Source of the DNA: Callorhinchus milii
Lineage: Eukaryota
Length of the DNA stretch: 64,000 bases
NCBI RefSeq assembly: GCF_018977255.1
Contig: NW_024704743.1
Coordinates: 74,774,001-74,838,000 of the forward strand
Direction of reading: 5' to 3'
Of the stretch, positions 23,480 through 36,605 are shown piece by piece. The notes beneath the pieces are model-generated. The model ran no database searches, was not told where the DNA came from, and saw nothing but the letters and a program-made list of their open reading frames with translations. The position numbers were made by a program, and so were the translations under genes. Each line of letters opens with the position of its first letter. Position 1 is the stretch's first letter.

Positions 23480-26476
23480 AGCCTTCTACAGCCTGCTTGT
23501 TTCTCAATCCGCGGGCTGATGCGTCTCTTCTGGTCTCTGTGAGTGTGTTTTGGCTGCCACCCCGACCCGAGCTGCCTCCCCTGAAAATGTTCCTGCTCCC
23601 ACGTGGCAGTGGGGTGGCCCTCATCTCCCAAACTTCCCTTGGTCTATCCCCCTATTCCTCTGGTTATTTCTCCTCCTTTGTGCACCTCACCTCTGCCATC
23701 CCTCCTCTCTCTCCCTCAAAATCCTCCTAGTTTACGGCCTCCCACTCCCCAAACCGCTTGGCTCCTTCCTCACTGATATTTCCTCTCTCCTCTCATCCCT
23801 GTCCCTCTGCACTAAACACCTGCTCATAATGGGTGATTTTAACCTCCATCTTAACTCTCCTTGCACCACCTCCTCAGATTTCACTGCCCTCCTCCTCCCT
23901 AAACCTCACCCTCAACATCAACTCACCGACCCACAACCGTGGCCATCCCCTCGACCTCGTCATCCTACATGACCTTGACATTTCCAACCTGTCAATCACG
24001 GACAAGGCTATCTTGGACAACTTCCTCATCTCCCTCTCCTCCCACATCCCCCTCCCCTCTTCCAAGCCCTCCACCATGTTTTCTGCCCATGGAACAAGCT
24101 TCCCCTTGAGTCCCTCACAAATGCCCTCTCTTCCTCAGACCTCCTCTTCCTCTGGCCCTCCACCCACAGCGATCCTGATGCAGCCACCAAGCTGCTGAAT
24201 GACCATCTCTCCACAACCTTCAATTCCCTGTTTCCCCTGAAATCCAGGACTGTTTCCAAACCCACCCACTCCCCTGGTACAACAGTCATCTCAACTCACT
24301 CAAAACACAAACCCAGATGCTCAAGCACAAATGGCAGAAATCCAGCCTCATGATTCACTGCCAGCTGTGGCTCGAGCACCTCCGCACCTACCGCCTCTCC
24401 CTTTCCAAAGTCATCCTGGAGGCAAACAACAATCCAAAGACGCTGTTTCCACCGTCCATCACCTCCTCCGTGCACCCCATCAAGCTCACTCTATCCTCAC
24501 ATCAAACGCCAAGTGCGAAGAGGTCCTAGACTTCATTGCCTCAAAAATTGAAAACATCCACTTGGCTGCATCATTTCCCCCCCCCCCCCCCATGTCCCTT
24601 CCACCCCACCCAGACCATCCAAACCGCCTTCTCCCTTGCCACGGCTCCTAACCCCTCCTTACACTCCTTTGCCCGCATTTCCCTCCTCCCTCTCAACCAC
24701 AATCACCCGGATGCAGATCACCACCTGCTACTTTGACACCCTCTCCACTCAGCTGCTGGTCACTCGACTCCTCCTTCTCTCCCCACTGCTGGCCAACACG
24801 GTCAACCAGTCTTTCTCCTCAAGTTCTGTTCCACTCCCCCTGAAAACCACTGTTATCACACCCCTCCTCAAAAACCCACCCTCGATCCCCCTAATCTCTC
24901 ACACTATTGTCCCATCTCCAATCTACCCTCCCTTGCCAAATAAATAAAATAAAAAATATTAAAAAGCAAAAAAAAAAAAAAAATTGGTCATTTCAGTCCA
25001 TGACTGCTTGTGGGCAATTGGCTGCCGCATTTCGCCCACAAATATACAGTCAATTCACTTTACAGCATATTCTGTGAAGTGCTTTGAGACGTCTAGAAGA
25101 CGTGAAAAGTGCTATATCAAATGCAAGGATTATTATTATATTATAAAATCCTGGAACGCACTGTTGCAGCTCAACTTCAGTCACACCTCTCCCTCTACTC
25201 CCTCCTCGAGCCCCTGCAGTCTAGTTTTCGCACTGACTGCCCACAGCACAGAGACAGCACTTGTCAAAGTCACAAACAACATTCTCTCTATCTGTGAACA
25301 GGGCTCTCTCTGCCTCCTCAACCTCCTGGATCTCTCTGCCGCGTTCGATACAGTCGACCAAGCCATCCTCCTCCATCAGCTCTCCTCGCTCATCTACCTT
25401 AGTGGGACTCCACTCGCATGGTTCAAGTCCTACTTAACCAACCGCCTCCATTTCATCACAGCAAATGGTTTCTCTTCCCGCCCCCACCCGGTCACCTGCG
25501 GGGTACCCCAGGGCTCCTTATCTATATGCTCCCTCTGGGTAATGTCTTCCACAGACAAGGGGTAAACTTCCCCATATATGCGGATGGCACACAAATCTAC
25601 TTTGCCTCTTCCAGTACCAACTCCAGGTCCACCAATGTTCTATCAGCTTCTCTGGCAGCCATCAGGGCTTGGATGAGTGTAAACTTCTTGCAGCTGAATA
25701 TGGACAAGACGGAATCCATACTCCTTGGCTCCCATCAACACCTTCACTCCTGCGCATCTAAACTCCTCAACCTCCCTGGGCTCTCCCTCAGACACACCGA
25801 ACCAGTGCGCAACCTGGCTTCTGGTTCGACCACCAGCTGTTCTTCCTCCCCCACATCCAGTCCCTGACCAGGACCGCCTTCTTCCACCTCCGCCACGTTG
25901 CCCACCTCTAACCGTACCTCACCCCAAATGCAGCCGAAATCCTCGTGCATGCATTTGTCACCTCCCGCTTGGATTACTCCAACGCACTCCTCACCAGATT
26001 CCCCAGCTCCACCATTCACAAGATCCAGCTCATTCAAAACTCTGCCGCCCACTTACTGACCCGGACCAATCTCCGTATTTACATCTCACCAGTTCTGGCC
26101 GGGCTCCACTGGCTCCCCATCACCGAATAAATCGACTTGAAGATCCTCACACTCGTGTTCAAATCCATTCACTCTCTGGCACCTCCCTACCTCTCTGACC
26201 TCATTCCCCAATCCACCACCCGGCTCCGCTCGACTGGCACCCTCCGCCCCACCATCGGATGTCCCGCCTTTCAGCCACTACGGCTCAAAACTCTGGAACT
26301 CATTACCACAATCCTTCCACCTTGTCCTCTCTCTCCCTCTTTTAAGTTCTGCCTGAAAACTTTCCTGTTCGACTGTGTTGTCCTCTCCCCCAGCTCAGAG
26401 TCAGGCTCCACCACTGTTAAGCGCTCTGAGATGCTACCCTGGTGGAGGGCGCTATATAAGTGTAAGTTGTTGTTGC
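23480..26476 (+). mobile_element. Long degenerate L2 ORF2 (APE + RT + tail) with a nested SINE 3' half at ~24940-25143
   Basis: IMGDFNLHL, THNRGHPLDLV, HSTETALVKVTNNIL, GVPQGS, YADGTQIY, SRLDYSNALL, LHWLPI; tail gagggcgctatataagtgtaagttgttgttg. Confidence 0.9.
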
Positions 26477-26970
26477 ATTGAAGTAGGCAGGTGTCTGAGG
26501 CTGCAGCCTTTTCTTTCTCTTGTTCATTGTTCTTGTTGTTATGCTTAAGGACCCAATTGCTCATTATCTCAGAGGAGTAAACATCTTCCCAGGAAAATAT
26601 GAAATCAGAAGCTAACTTCAACCGTCCAGTGAAGCTACTTTTTAACCCTCAATTCTGCTGGAATATTCGGTTGCTGCTATCAATATACCAATGTCTCCTG
26701 AGGTGATAGTCAGTATATTCCAATAGTTCCCATCTTGAGAATCAGAAAATAAGATTTTCGATCTCTCATTTATCTATGATTTATTAAGCTTGCTAACTGT
26801 AAATGGTCAGATTGCATCCGGGCAGCTCTTAATAGGAGCACAAATAACATAAAGGCACAATCAATGTAAATAAAATTATGGCTTGTGCAATCACAAAAGC
26901 ATAAGACACGAGTAATAAAGTTCAGTGCAATGAATTAATAAGATTGATACAGCGGCTATGATTAGGAATC

Positions 26971-28000
26971 ACTTTCTTCAGCTCAACGTGCGAAAAACTG
27001 AGGCCCTCCTGATTGGCTCACGTCAGCGCCTCCGCACCTCAGGCGCTGACACCATCAGCATCCAAGGCTGCACTCTCCACCTCTCAAAGCCAGTCAGGAA
27101 CCTCGGCGTTTTGTTCGACCCTGAGCTGTCCTTTCTCCCTCACATCTGCACCACAACTGGCACCGCCTTCCATCACCTCCGGAACATCGCCAGACTACGG
27201 CACTACCTCACCCCTCACGCTGCTGAAACTCTGGTCCACGCCTTTGTCACCTCAAGGCTGGACTATGGGAACTCTCTCCTCGCCGGCCTTCCCGCCACCT
27301 CCCTCCACAAGCTGCAGGTCATTCAGAACTCTGCAGCTCGTGTACTGTCCCGCACCAGACACCGCGACCACATCACTCCCACCCTCGCTCACCTCCACTG
27401 GCTCCCCATCCCCCAGAGGATCGATTTCAAGATCCTCATCCTCACCTACAAGGCCATTCACGGCCTCGCTCCCTCCTACCTCTCCGACCTACTATCCCCT
27501 ACCTACCTGCCCGTACCCTCCGTTCCTCTGGCTCCGGTCTGCTCCACATCCCCCGCCCCAACCGCCCTACCATCGGTGGTCGGGCCTTCAGCCTCTCAGC
27601 CCCGAGGCTCTGGAACTCCATCCCCCAGTGCCTTTGCCTGCTCCTCCCTTTCCTCCTTCAAGGCCGGTCTCAAAACCTTTCTCTTTGACCGAGCCTTCAG
27701 CTCCCCTCTCGACTCTCTTCCCCCTCCTCGCTCCCTCCCTTCCCTCCCCTTACCCTGACCATTTCCCCCCTCCTCGCTCCCTCCCTTCCCTCCCCTCACC
27801 CTGACCATTTCCCCCTCCTCGCTCCCTCCCTTCCCTCCCCTCACCCTGACCATTTCCCCCCTCCTCGCTCCCTCCCTTCCCTCCCCTCACCCTGACCATT
27901 TCCCCCCTTGCTCGGGTCATGACCCAACTGTGCAGCGCCTTGGGACATCCTCCTGACGTGAAAGGCGCTTTATAAATGGAATCTTGTTGTTGTTGTTGTT
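26971..28000 (+). mobile_element. Young 5'-truncated L2 LINE, near-identical to 3955-4940
   Basis: ORF 26958..27758 is almost the same peptide as 4222..5265; four ~45-bp tandem units at 27721-27905; (TTG)n tail. Confidence 0.95.
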
Positions 28001-28149
28001 AATGTGGTTTGATCATTGTTGATTGTAGAATATCTCTTAGACAAGATCAGTTAGACTTGTTTTCTTCATTCCTAAACTTAGATCTTTTTAGTCACGTACA
28101 CCAAGCCTGCAGTGAGACATTCAACAGCGTGTTTTTACCATTCATTGTA

Positions 28150-28726
28150 GGGTTAAAAACATACCCTTCAAGGTCAGTACACTCCTTTCGAATGCATTGC
28201 TTGAAAGGGTGGTGGAAGCCGATTCGATAATAATTTTTAAGATGGAAGTAGATAATTATTTGGGGAGGACAAGTTTGCAGGGCTATGGGGAGAGAGAGTG
28301 TGGAGTCCTGTAGCTCAGTGGTTAGAGCACTCACTTTGCAAGTGAGAAACCGGAGTTCAATTTCAGACAGGGCGAAACCTTGGGTAAGTTTCCTTACTCC
28401 ACACAGAGCCTAATAATAATCCCTCCAAAAAAACAAAACAATAATAAATTGGTCATTTTCAATCCATGACATGGGACATTGCTGTGCGCAATTGGCTGCC
28501 GAGTTCGCCCACTAATATACAGTCAATTTACTTTACAGTATATTCTGTGAAATGCTTTGGGACGTCTAGAAGACGTGAAAAGCGCTATATTAAATGCAAG
28601 GATTATTATTATTATTGTTGGAGCAGGGGAGTGGGATTGAATTGAATAGCTCTTTTCAAAGAGCCACACAGACAAGATGGGCCGAATGGCCTCCTTCTGT
28701 GCTGTATAATTCTATGATTCTATGAT
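28150..28726 (+). mobile_element. CR1 3' end interrupted by a SINE (28299-28617)
   Basis: CR1 tail gatgggccgaatggcctccttctgtgctgtataattctatgattctatga; full short-subfamily SINE in the middle. Confidence 0.85.
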
Positions 28727-29471
28727 TTTATTCTTGGCAGTTTAAATGTACTGATGTTACCAATGTCTTCATGGTACGTAGAATCAGTTCTATTTCAGAA
28801 AAACAAGTCCACAAGTCTTTGCGATTTTCTTTGGTCAATTTAAGACCAACCAGAATTCTGGGATTGCGAAATGTCCAGTCCCCACCAGTGGGTCAAACTG
28901 ACAGTACAGCCCACTATCACCATCAGAATCTTCACAATTCCCTTTTACCTCAGCCACCACATCAATCCTGTCAACTCATTTTAGCATTTGTAATTACAGC
29001 ACATCATTATCAATAATATAATGATTGACACAAACAGTATGGCCATAGAATTCTTTAATATTATTTCAGTGGATGTTCATTCCCTCTATCCTTGCCTGGA
29101 GGTTTTGAGCATGGCTGAAATACTGGAAGTAAATGTTACATAAAATAAATCAAAATAATTACATTCTTAATACTATTACTTCTCCTTCTTGAACTGTCAG
29201 TGTTTATTCTACCTATCGAACCCCTCATTTCACGCTCTACCACACCCGACGCATACAAAACACGTGGTTGCCAATGTAGACCCTGTCCTCTGTGCAGGTA
29301 TTGGCCGCTGTTGTGAAGTAGACGATTGATTGGGTTGTACTTGTCCACTCGTCCCCACCCTAAACAGTCGAGCTGAAATTGAATGTGGGCGGGAGGGGAA
29401 GTAAAAAGTATGAGATTGATTGATCCTACACAGTGTTGGGTTTAAAGGTATGGTCAATGGTGGAGTTTACC

Positions 29472-29787
29472 ACAGCCTGCTCCATGTCCCCCGCCCGATC
29501 CGCCCTACCATCGGTGGCCGGGCTTTCAGGCTCTCTGCCCCCACACTCTGGAACTCCATCCCACAGTCCCTTCGCCTCACTTCCTCCCTTGTCTCCTTCA
29601 AGGCCGGTCTCAAGACCCTTCTCTTTGACCGTGCCTTTGGTCTCCCTCCCACCTCTCCGCCTTCCCTCACCCCTACACCACCCCTCCCCCATTGCTCGGG
29701 CTCCGACATCTGACTGTTCAGCGCTTTGGGACGTCCTCCCGACATGAAAGGCGCTCTATAAATGTAATTTTTTGTTGTTGCTGCTGC
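29472..29787 (+). mobile_element. L2 3' fragment
   Basis: [29 protein letters not shown]...FKAGLKTLLF plus tail. Confidence 0.9.
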
Positions 29788-31008
29788 AACCTGGGACAAA
29801 GGTGTGGCCAGAAAACAGCAGCTTATTCTGATAACCAACATTTTATATTAGGAACCCTTGAACAGAGGAGCCAAAGTCACTGGTATTTTATATTTCAATA
29901 ACATAGTTACAATAGGTAGGGTTGCAACTAACAATATTTGCTGTTATACTCACGTATAGCAATGTTACAGAAATGACAATATCACAGTCCATAAATTCAT
30001 AAGCAGTAGGCAAACATCTCTTGCTTGGGTCATTCGAAGGTACAGTCAGTAATGGAATTAATGATTCTGTTGAGCCTGGAAAGAATGGCCAGTAGTAGGG
30101 TTAATTAACACTCTGTTAACCTGATAACAGCAGCCATCAAATCAAAGAACAGTAGGTTTCATCTTTGGAACTGGAATTAATGATAATAGAGGGTGTTGAA
30201 TCAAAGGAGCAAAGTTGAATCTCAAGCAGTTGTGTTGCCGCACTTCTGTTCTTCCCTTTAGCTTTTTTTTGTTGTTGCTGGAACCTTGGAACAGTCAATG
30301 TCGAGTGTCTTGAGTCACAAAACCTCGGGTACAACTTCTACCTTCCTGGAGGAGCAGAAAACATAGTCGTTTTCTCACTAACTCAAACTAAATACTTGGG
30401 ATGACCGACTCTGACTGAACAAAAGATAGCTAAGTTGCACCTCTTTTATAATTGTCCTTTCTGTTAAACATCAGATTGGTCTGTGCGAATCTGCATGTTC
30501 ACACCTACCTGAGAGTTATTTACAGGCAGATTTAAACAACCTGGGACAGTGCTTGAGTACGGTACCCATGAACTGATTAGAATTAAAACAACAACTAACA
30601 AAGGAGAGCTAAAGCTGTAATAAACACATTTCTTACTTCTGAACCAATTTAATTCTTCAAGGCTCACATACTGTCATTTTTGTGTAACATTTTATGCCAA
30701 CTACCTCGTAACATACATCACTGTTTGAAGAGACATTACAATATAGCTGACTCTGATTAGGCTTATAGAGTCTACAAATCATTCCAATACGGGCTAACGA
30801 TTGCATAGGCATTTGAATTTAAACTAAAATAATCTTTTAAGCAATAATACATTTCTGATTCCAACAACAGTGACCTCTCTGATTCAGTAAGTATTATATT
30901 TAGCTAAGGTGAAAAACAGTGCTGAAGAGTTCTCGTGTATCTATTGCCAGAAAATCTCAGAGTGGAAATTGTTGTAAAATGTATTACCTCTATTACATTT
31001 TCTGACTT

Positions 31009-31195
31009 TTTTTTGGTCAGCCAGGTGTCTGACATATGTGGAAACCCATCACCACGTTTAAGAGCATTCAAACCAAACAGAGTTCCATGTATCCCGTTTA
31101 CATGTGGAAATTCCTGTGTATTAGAATAGAGTGTGCACTCTCCCTTGAGGGACGCAACCATCTTACCTCGGTTGGTGCAGCTTGGCAAGTGCCAA
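31009..31195 (-). repeat. 3' part of the unclassified A-tailed repeat
   Basis: Minus strand ...gtccctcaagggagagtgcac...ggtgatgggtttccacatatgtcagacacctggctgaccaaaaaaaa. Confidence 0.7.
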
Positions 31196-31203
31196 GTGCC
31201 ATT

Positions 31204-31520
31204 GTGGAGTCCTGTAGCTCAGTGGTTAGAGCACTCGCTTTGCAAGCGAGAGACCTGAGTTCAATTCCAGGCAGAGGGCGAAACCTTGGGCAAGTTTCCT
31301 TACTCCACACAGAACCTAATAATAATCCCTCCAAAACCAAAAACAATAATAAATTGGTCATTTTCAATCCACTACTGTTTGTGGGACACTGCTGTATGCA
31401 GTTGGCTGCCGCGTTTCGCCCACAAATATACAGTCAATTCACTTTACAGCATATTCTGTGAAGCGCTTTGAGACGTCTAGAAGACATGAAAAGTGCTATA
31501 TTAAATGCATGGATTATTAT
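31204..31520 (+). mobile_element. tRNA-headed SINE, short subfamily
   Basis: Full match to 707-1034; perfect CTCGC-TTTGCAA-GCGAG anticodon arm. Confidence 0.9.
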
Positions 31521-31817
31521 AAGACACTACAATTTACAGTACTGTGGAATCCTGTGAAGCATTTTGAGATATCTTCTTGACATGAAGCTGCTACATTAAA
31601 TATAAGGATTATATTATTACCCCCAGAATGTGTGTTGAGTACTGCTAGTGATTGTGTGTTTTGTGGGTGAACACATAAACCTTAGCGTTTACAAATTATA
31701 TTATGCAAGTTAGATCCTCACAGTCTCAGCTGACGCTTCAATGCAGTACTACGTTTGTCCTATAAAATACACTTCGCAACACTTTACAGTATATCCTGTT
31801 AACTTGTTTGACACATC

Positions 31818-32380
31818 CTCCCAATGCAAAAGGTGCTAAGTCAAATATAAGGATTATTATTAATGGTATAGATATTTTATTGCACTTCTTTCACAATTAG
31901 ATGCATTGTCCACAAGGTGGCATGATACACAAGAAAATTTAAACACATATTGGAATTGTTTCTTTGTTTCCAATGTTATTGCACAATACTATTTTGCTCA
32001 CAAAATACACAGTCAATCCACTTTACAATGTATTCTGTGAAGTGCTTTGAGACGTCTCAATGATGTGATAAGGCGCTATATCAAATGCAAGGAATATTAT
32101 TATTAGCATCCAATATAGGGGTTAACCTTATAGCCCATGGATTAACATGCGTTTAATTATGTAAGTAACCAACTAAAAGGATCCAAAGGCACTATATCAA
32201 TGTAAGAATTACTATTAAAGGTATAGATATTAGTTAGGTCCTTATAATCCAGGCTGTGTATAGTGCCTTGTGTCTAGTGCCACCTTGTGGACACTGCATC
32301 TAATTGTTAAGAAGTGCAATAAAATATCTATATCATTACCAGTAATCCTTACATTTGATATAATGCCATGCATGTTGGAG
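31818..32380. repeat. Local ~115-bp inverted repeat (arms 31818-31933 and 32267-32380)
   Basis: tatagatattttattgcacttct..caattagatgca.tgtccacaaggtggca recurs as its reverse complement. Confidence 0.85.
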
Positions 32381-32546
32381 TGCTGATTTTGAAAACGCAG
32401 GAATTGAGAAATTATACAACAGTCACTTTCTTTGTAAGAGTTTTATTTTAAGCTGAAAGTAGCAAGCTTTTCAGAGCAGGTTAATAATGCTGGTGTATGT
32501 GTACTTCTGCAAACATATGACGGATGGTAATGGTTGTGTTTTGCAG

Positions 32547-32660
32547 AAATCCCACATCAGATGTCAGATCACTAGAAGAACCAAGACTTCTACCTGAGAA
32601 TGGAAACACACCTCCTATGCAGGATGCTGAAATTTGTTTGCTGAAGTCTGGAGATCTTAC
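32547..32660 (+). CDS. FYCO1: FYCO1 coding exon preceding the GOLD domain
   Basis: ttgcag acceptor, gtaagt donor; 114 nt, phase 2-2. Encodes NPTSDVRSLEEPRLLPENGNTPPMQDAEICLLKSGDL (human ...EICLLKSGELM). Phase fits the 3388-3520 exon. Confidence 0.9.
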
Positions 32661-33933
32661 GTAAGTGGTATGCCCAGCAGGTTTTCAGAGAACAGGCTTG
32701 AAATATAGTTCATTAATACTGTCACAAAACACAAATCTAGTACTTAAAATATAGGGCATTAATACTTTCACAAAATACAAATATTTTCATGCAGGAAAAA
32801 ACCCTCTGGTTCTGGAACAAGCAATAAACATTTCTAATTAGTGGTACCTTATTTAATTATGCTATTACTAATCATCACTTAAAGGAAAGATTCCTTCCAT
32901 TAGTTTTATAGTTGGTTCCTGTGTTATTGCTTTGAGGAGATATCCAGCAGAAATCTCACTCTCAGAAATCTTTTTAAAAATGAAATTGTCATAAGGAATG
33001 AGGATTGGGACCCCTGATGTGTTAGTGATGAAATAGTATGGGATGTCCTGGGCCCACGTAGACCAGAAAAATCAAGATTTGGATTCCCGATCTTAGTGGA
33101 GTTATTTGATGTCAGCCAGTGTGGCAGTGGCACCATTATAATTGGCCTCAATGCTGCCAGGTAGTGAAGGAGGAAAAAACACACCAGGCTTGTTTCACTT
33201 TCCGACATGCGTCCAGTGGCCTCTGCTGGTAAGTGCAATGCAACAACAATACAAATTTACATTTATTTTGTGCCTTTCACGCGATGGGGACATCTTGAGG
33301 TGCTTGAGGGTGTTGTGGACATTGGCTGAGCGCAGAATTAGCTTCAGCTCTCATGCACCTTCCTTCCCAGTCCAACAAAAGGGTTAAAACAAACTGCAAA
33401 ATGAACTGTGACAGCCTTTCAGATCCTTTTTTTTTAGTAGATGTGCAATTTTAGTTGCAAACTGAAAGACACAATTAACATCATATTTTCAACCCAAATA
33501 TAACCAAAAATGTTTCGTAGCAATGAAGCATAATTAATTTGGGATGTGTCCATACATAAGCAAGATCCACTAAGGAGGAAACCACACCATGCATAGGCTT
33601 TGTCTTTCAGTGTTTATTATGTCCAAAGGAAGGGAATATCATTCGACCACCCAGAAAGTAATGCTCCTGGCTGAATTGTTCAGTACCAGATACTTAATAT
33701 AGTTTCACTGATAACGTCAGCTAGACCCAGGAATACCTTATCAAAAAATATATGTTTTTAAAATATTATTATTTGCAATCTTTTCTGGTAAACTAATGTG
33801 CAATTTTACAATTTGTGCAACAAATATCTTGTTACAGTTCTGATTTGAACTGTATTTGTTATTTTTCTGGAAATAATTTAACAGACACTTGTATTCCATT
33901 GAAAAATGGCATTGATTGTTTCTACTGTTTTAG

Positions 33934-34144
33934 GCTAACAATACCTCATAAGGTGGAGGAGATTGTTCAGTTTGGAGACAGGAATAAAGAGCTCTTTATT
34001 AAATCCAGTTGCTATAGTCTCATTCCCATCGTTGTGGAAGAATCTGGTCTCACCATTAACTGGGTGTTTTCTTCCGAACCAAAAAGTATATCGTTCAGCA
34101 TCGTTTACCAGGAGTCTGCAGATACACCTTATGAACAGTGCAAG
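33934..34144 (+). CDS. FYCO1: FYCO1 GOLD domain exon
   Basis: tttag acceptor, gtagga donor. Encodes [70 protein letters not shown]; lies within ORF 33815..34171. Confidence 0.95.
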
Positions 34145-35129
34145 GTAGGAATTAATGTCAGTGTTGTTTAATATCAAATAAACTTGTTGGCCTCAAACCT
34201 GATCTTTCTGACCTAAGGATTTTATTTTGTTACACAGTTATATTATAAAATGCATATCTCAACTAACGTTTAATACTTCAATTTATCTTCAAAAGTGTTT
34301 TTGTTACTAATTTGTGTATTATACCGTGATTTGTTATATATACACTTAAGAATACCAATAGTGGACGATTGCAGCTCCCACATCATTGGTTGCATACAAC
34401 GCACAAGCACAATAATAATTTTTGAAAGTGATAGTGACAGATGTAGAAACATTCTTGCATCAGAATGGCCAGTTTAAAAAAATTGCAGGTCTTTGAAGTG
34501 AAGTTTTCTTCTTCAAATGCTGTCAATAATCCTGTTTCCACCTTTGTGTCCCCTTATAACCAGGATTTCAAAGAATCTGTCGTGACTCATTGTAGAAAGC
34601 TGTTCTTTAAGTAAATCAAACGCAGATTGAGTCAGGCCAACATCACCTGACTAAGCTCTCAAAAGTCATTTTCAGTGGCTAAGGATGGAATCCAGTATGG
34701 GGAAGCGACATCAAAACATATTTTAACGCTGTTCCGTTAGTATGGGACAGAACACAGTTTCACTCCATTGTGAAGTTGATGTAATTTCAATAAAATACGG
34801 AAATGCATAATACAAATGGTATCTTGAGGTGACCAGCACACCATAGACTTTAGCACTCACTGCACGTCTTTCGAAGCTAACAGTTTTTAAAAGCACATTT
34901 TGTTTACACTGCAACAGTTTACCACTTCCTTACGTGACAAGCAGCAATCTACCGTAGGCGATCTCACCAAACAACGTGCATCGGTTACAAAGATATCCCT
35001 TTAACCTCAAAAACAAGAAACATCATCATTAACAAGATCCTTTGATAATTTTTTTTAACTAGACATTGTTGTCATTGTTTTTTTTTAAATCACAATTTTT
35101 AAAATTAATGAAATTCATTATCAGATTTT

Positions 35130-35700
35130 CATTTACATAGAATTACATAACACCAAAACAGGACATTTGGACAGTATCAATATATTCAGTATACTGCATA
35201 TAGCCTCCACCCACCTTAATCCCCTCTCACTATTCCCATTCCACACTTCTCGATATTAAACTTCATCTCTCACCTATCTGCCTATTACATTGTCCTGTAT
35301 CTTTTTGCAATCCTCCTCGTTATTTATTATAACCCCAGATTGGTATCATCCATGAATTGCAACACCAAACCTCATATTTCTGAGTGCAGATCATTCATGT
35401 GCATGGTGAACAGTAACGGCACATCCTAATATGGATCCCTGTGGAACACTATTTCTTGACAGCTTGAATAGCCTCCCTTTACTTCTACTTTGTTTTCCAG
35501 CCTTCATTCAATCCATTCTTCTGCATCTCGAATGACTCCACATGTCCTGATTTTAACCATGAGCTTCTTAGGTAGCACCTTATCAAAATCCTTATCTACT
35601 TTGTTACACCTTTGAAAAAACAGTAAGATTGATTAAGCATGACCTTTCATGAATCCATGCGGCTGTTCTTAATTACACTCTCCTTTTCGGGTTATTTCAT
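35130..35700 (-). mobile_element. Degenerate CR1 RT fragments
   Basis: ggatccctgtggaacac (VPQGS on -), gcaccttatcaaaa (FDKV on -), CR1-like tail near 35135. Confidence 0.6.
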
Positions 35701-35844
35701 TCTGCAGTTATTGAATAGAATTTAGAGCTCTGGGAGATACGTCTCTTATGTTTAGTCTGGTTATATGATTAGTTCAGTTTATTGAATAATTTTTACTATC
35801 AAATATTGAGTATTCAATTAACAGAATTAAACAGAATTTAATTG

Positions 35845-36605
35845 CATCTCTTGGTCCCCTCTTCTTCAATATCTATATGCTCCCTCTTGGTATTGTCATC
35901 CGCAGACATGGGGTCAACTTCCACATGTATGTGGATGACACCCAACTCTACCTCTCTGCCTCCACCCTCGACTCCAGGACCACTGCTGTCCTGACAGAAT
36001 GTCTGTCAGACATCAAGTCCTGGATGAGAGGTAACTTTCTTCAGTTGAACGTCAACAAGACCGAGGCTCTCCTGATTGGCTCCTGTCAGCGCCTTCTCAC
36101 CTCAAGTGCTGACAGCATCGCCATCCATGGTTGCACACTCCACCTCACTGAGCCAGTGTGGAACCTTGGGGTTTTGTTTGACCCTCAACTATCCTTTCTA
36201 CTCAACATCCGTGCTATGACCCGCTCTGCCTTCCCCACCTCCGCAACATCGCCCCGACTCCACCACTGCCTCAGACCTCTGAAACCCTCATCCACGCAAC
36301 TAGGCTTAACTATTCCAACGCCCTGCTTGTCGGCCTTCCCAACTCGTCCCTCCACATCCTCTGCAGCTCGTGTCCTCTCCCGCACCAGTTAATGGCTCCG
36401 TGAACCCATTACCCTCACTCTCGCCCGACTCCAAGGGCTCCCCATCCCCTAGGGGATAGAGTTCAAAATCCTTGTCCTCGCCTTCAAGGCCCTCCATGGC
36501 TTTGCACCTCCCTACCTCTGCAACCTGCTGACCCCATATCAACCTGTCCACTCCCTCTGCTCAGCAGCCTCTGGCCTGCTCCACATCCCCCACCCAGCCC
36601 TCTCC
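35845..36605 (+). mobile_element. L2 RT fragment in FYCO1 intron
   Basis: ORF 35877..36392 with [15 protein letters not shown] and [15 protein letters not shown]. Confidence 0.9.

Noticed and set aside
27721..27910. CRISPR-like array
   Set aside because: Head-to-tail tandem units without unique spacers.
30871..30886. Possible FYCO1 micro-exon (caacag|TGACCTCTCTGATTCA|gtaagt)
   Set aside because: 16 nt would break the frame between two phase-2 junctions and the pyrimidine tract is weak; would need RNA-seq support.
31204..31280. tRNA-Ala(TGC)-like sequence (also at the other SINE heads)
   Set aside because: No acceptor stem; it continues into SINE body and tail in more than ten copies, so it is a SINE head, not a tRNA gene.
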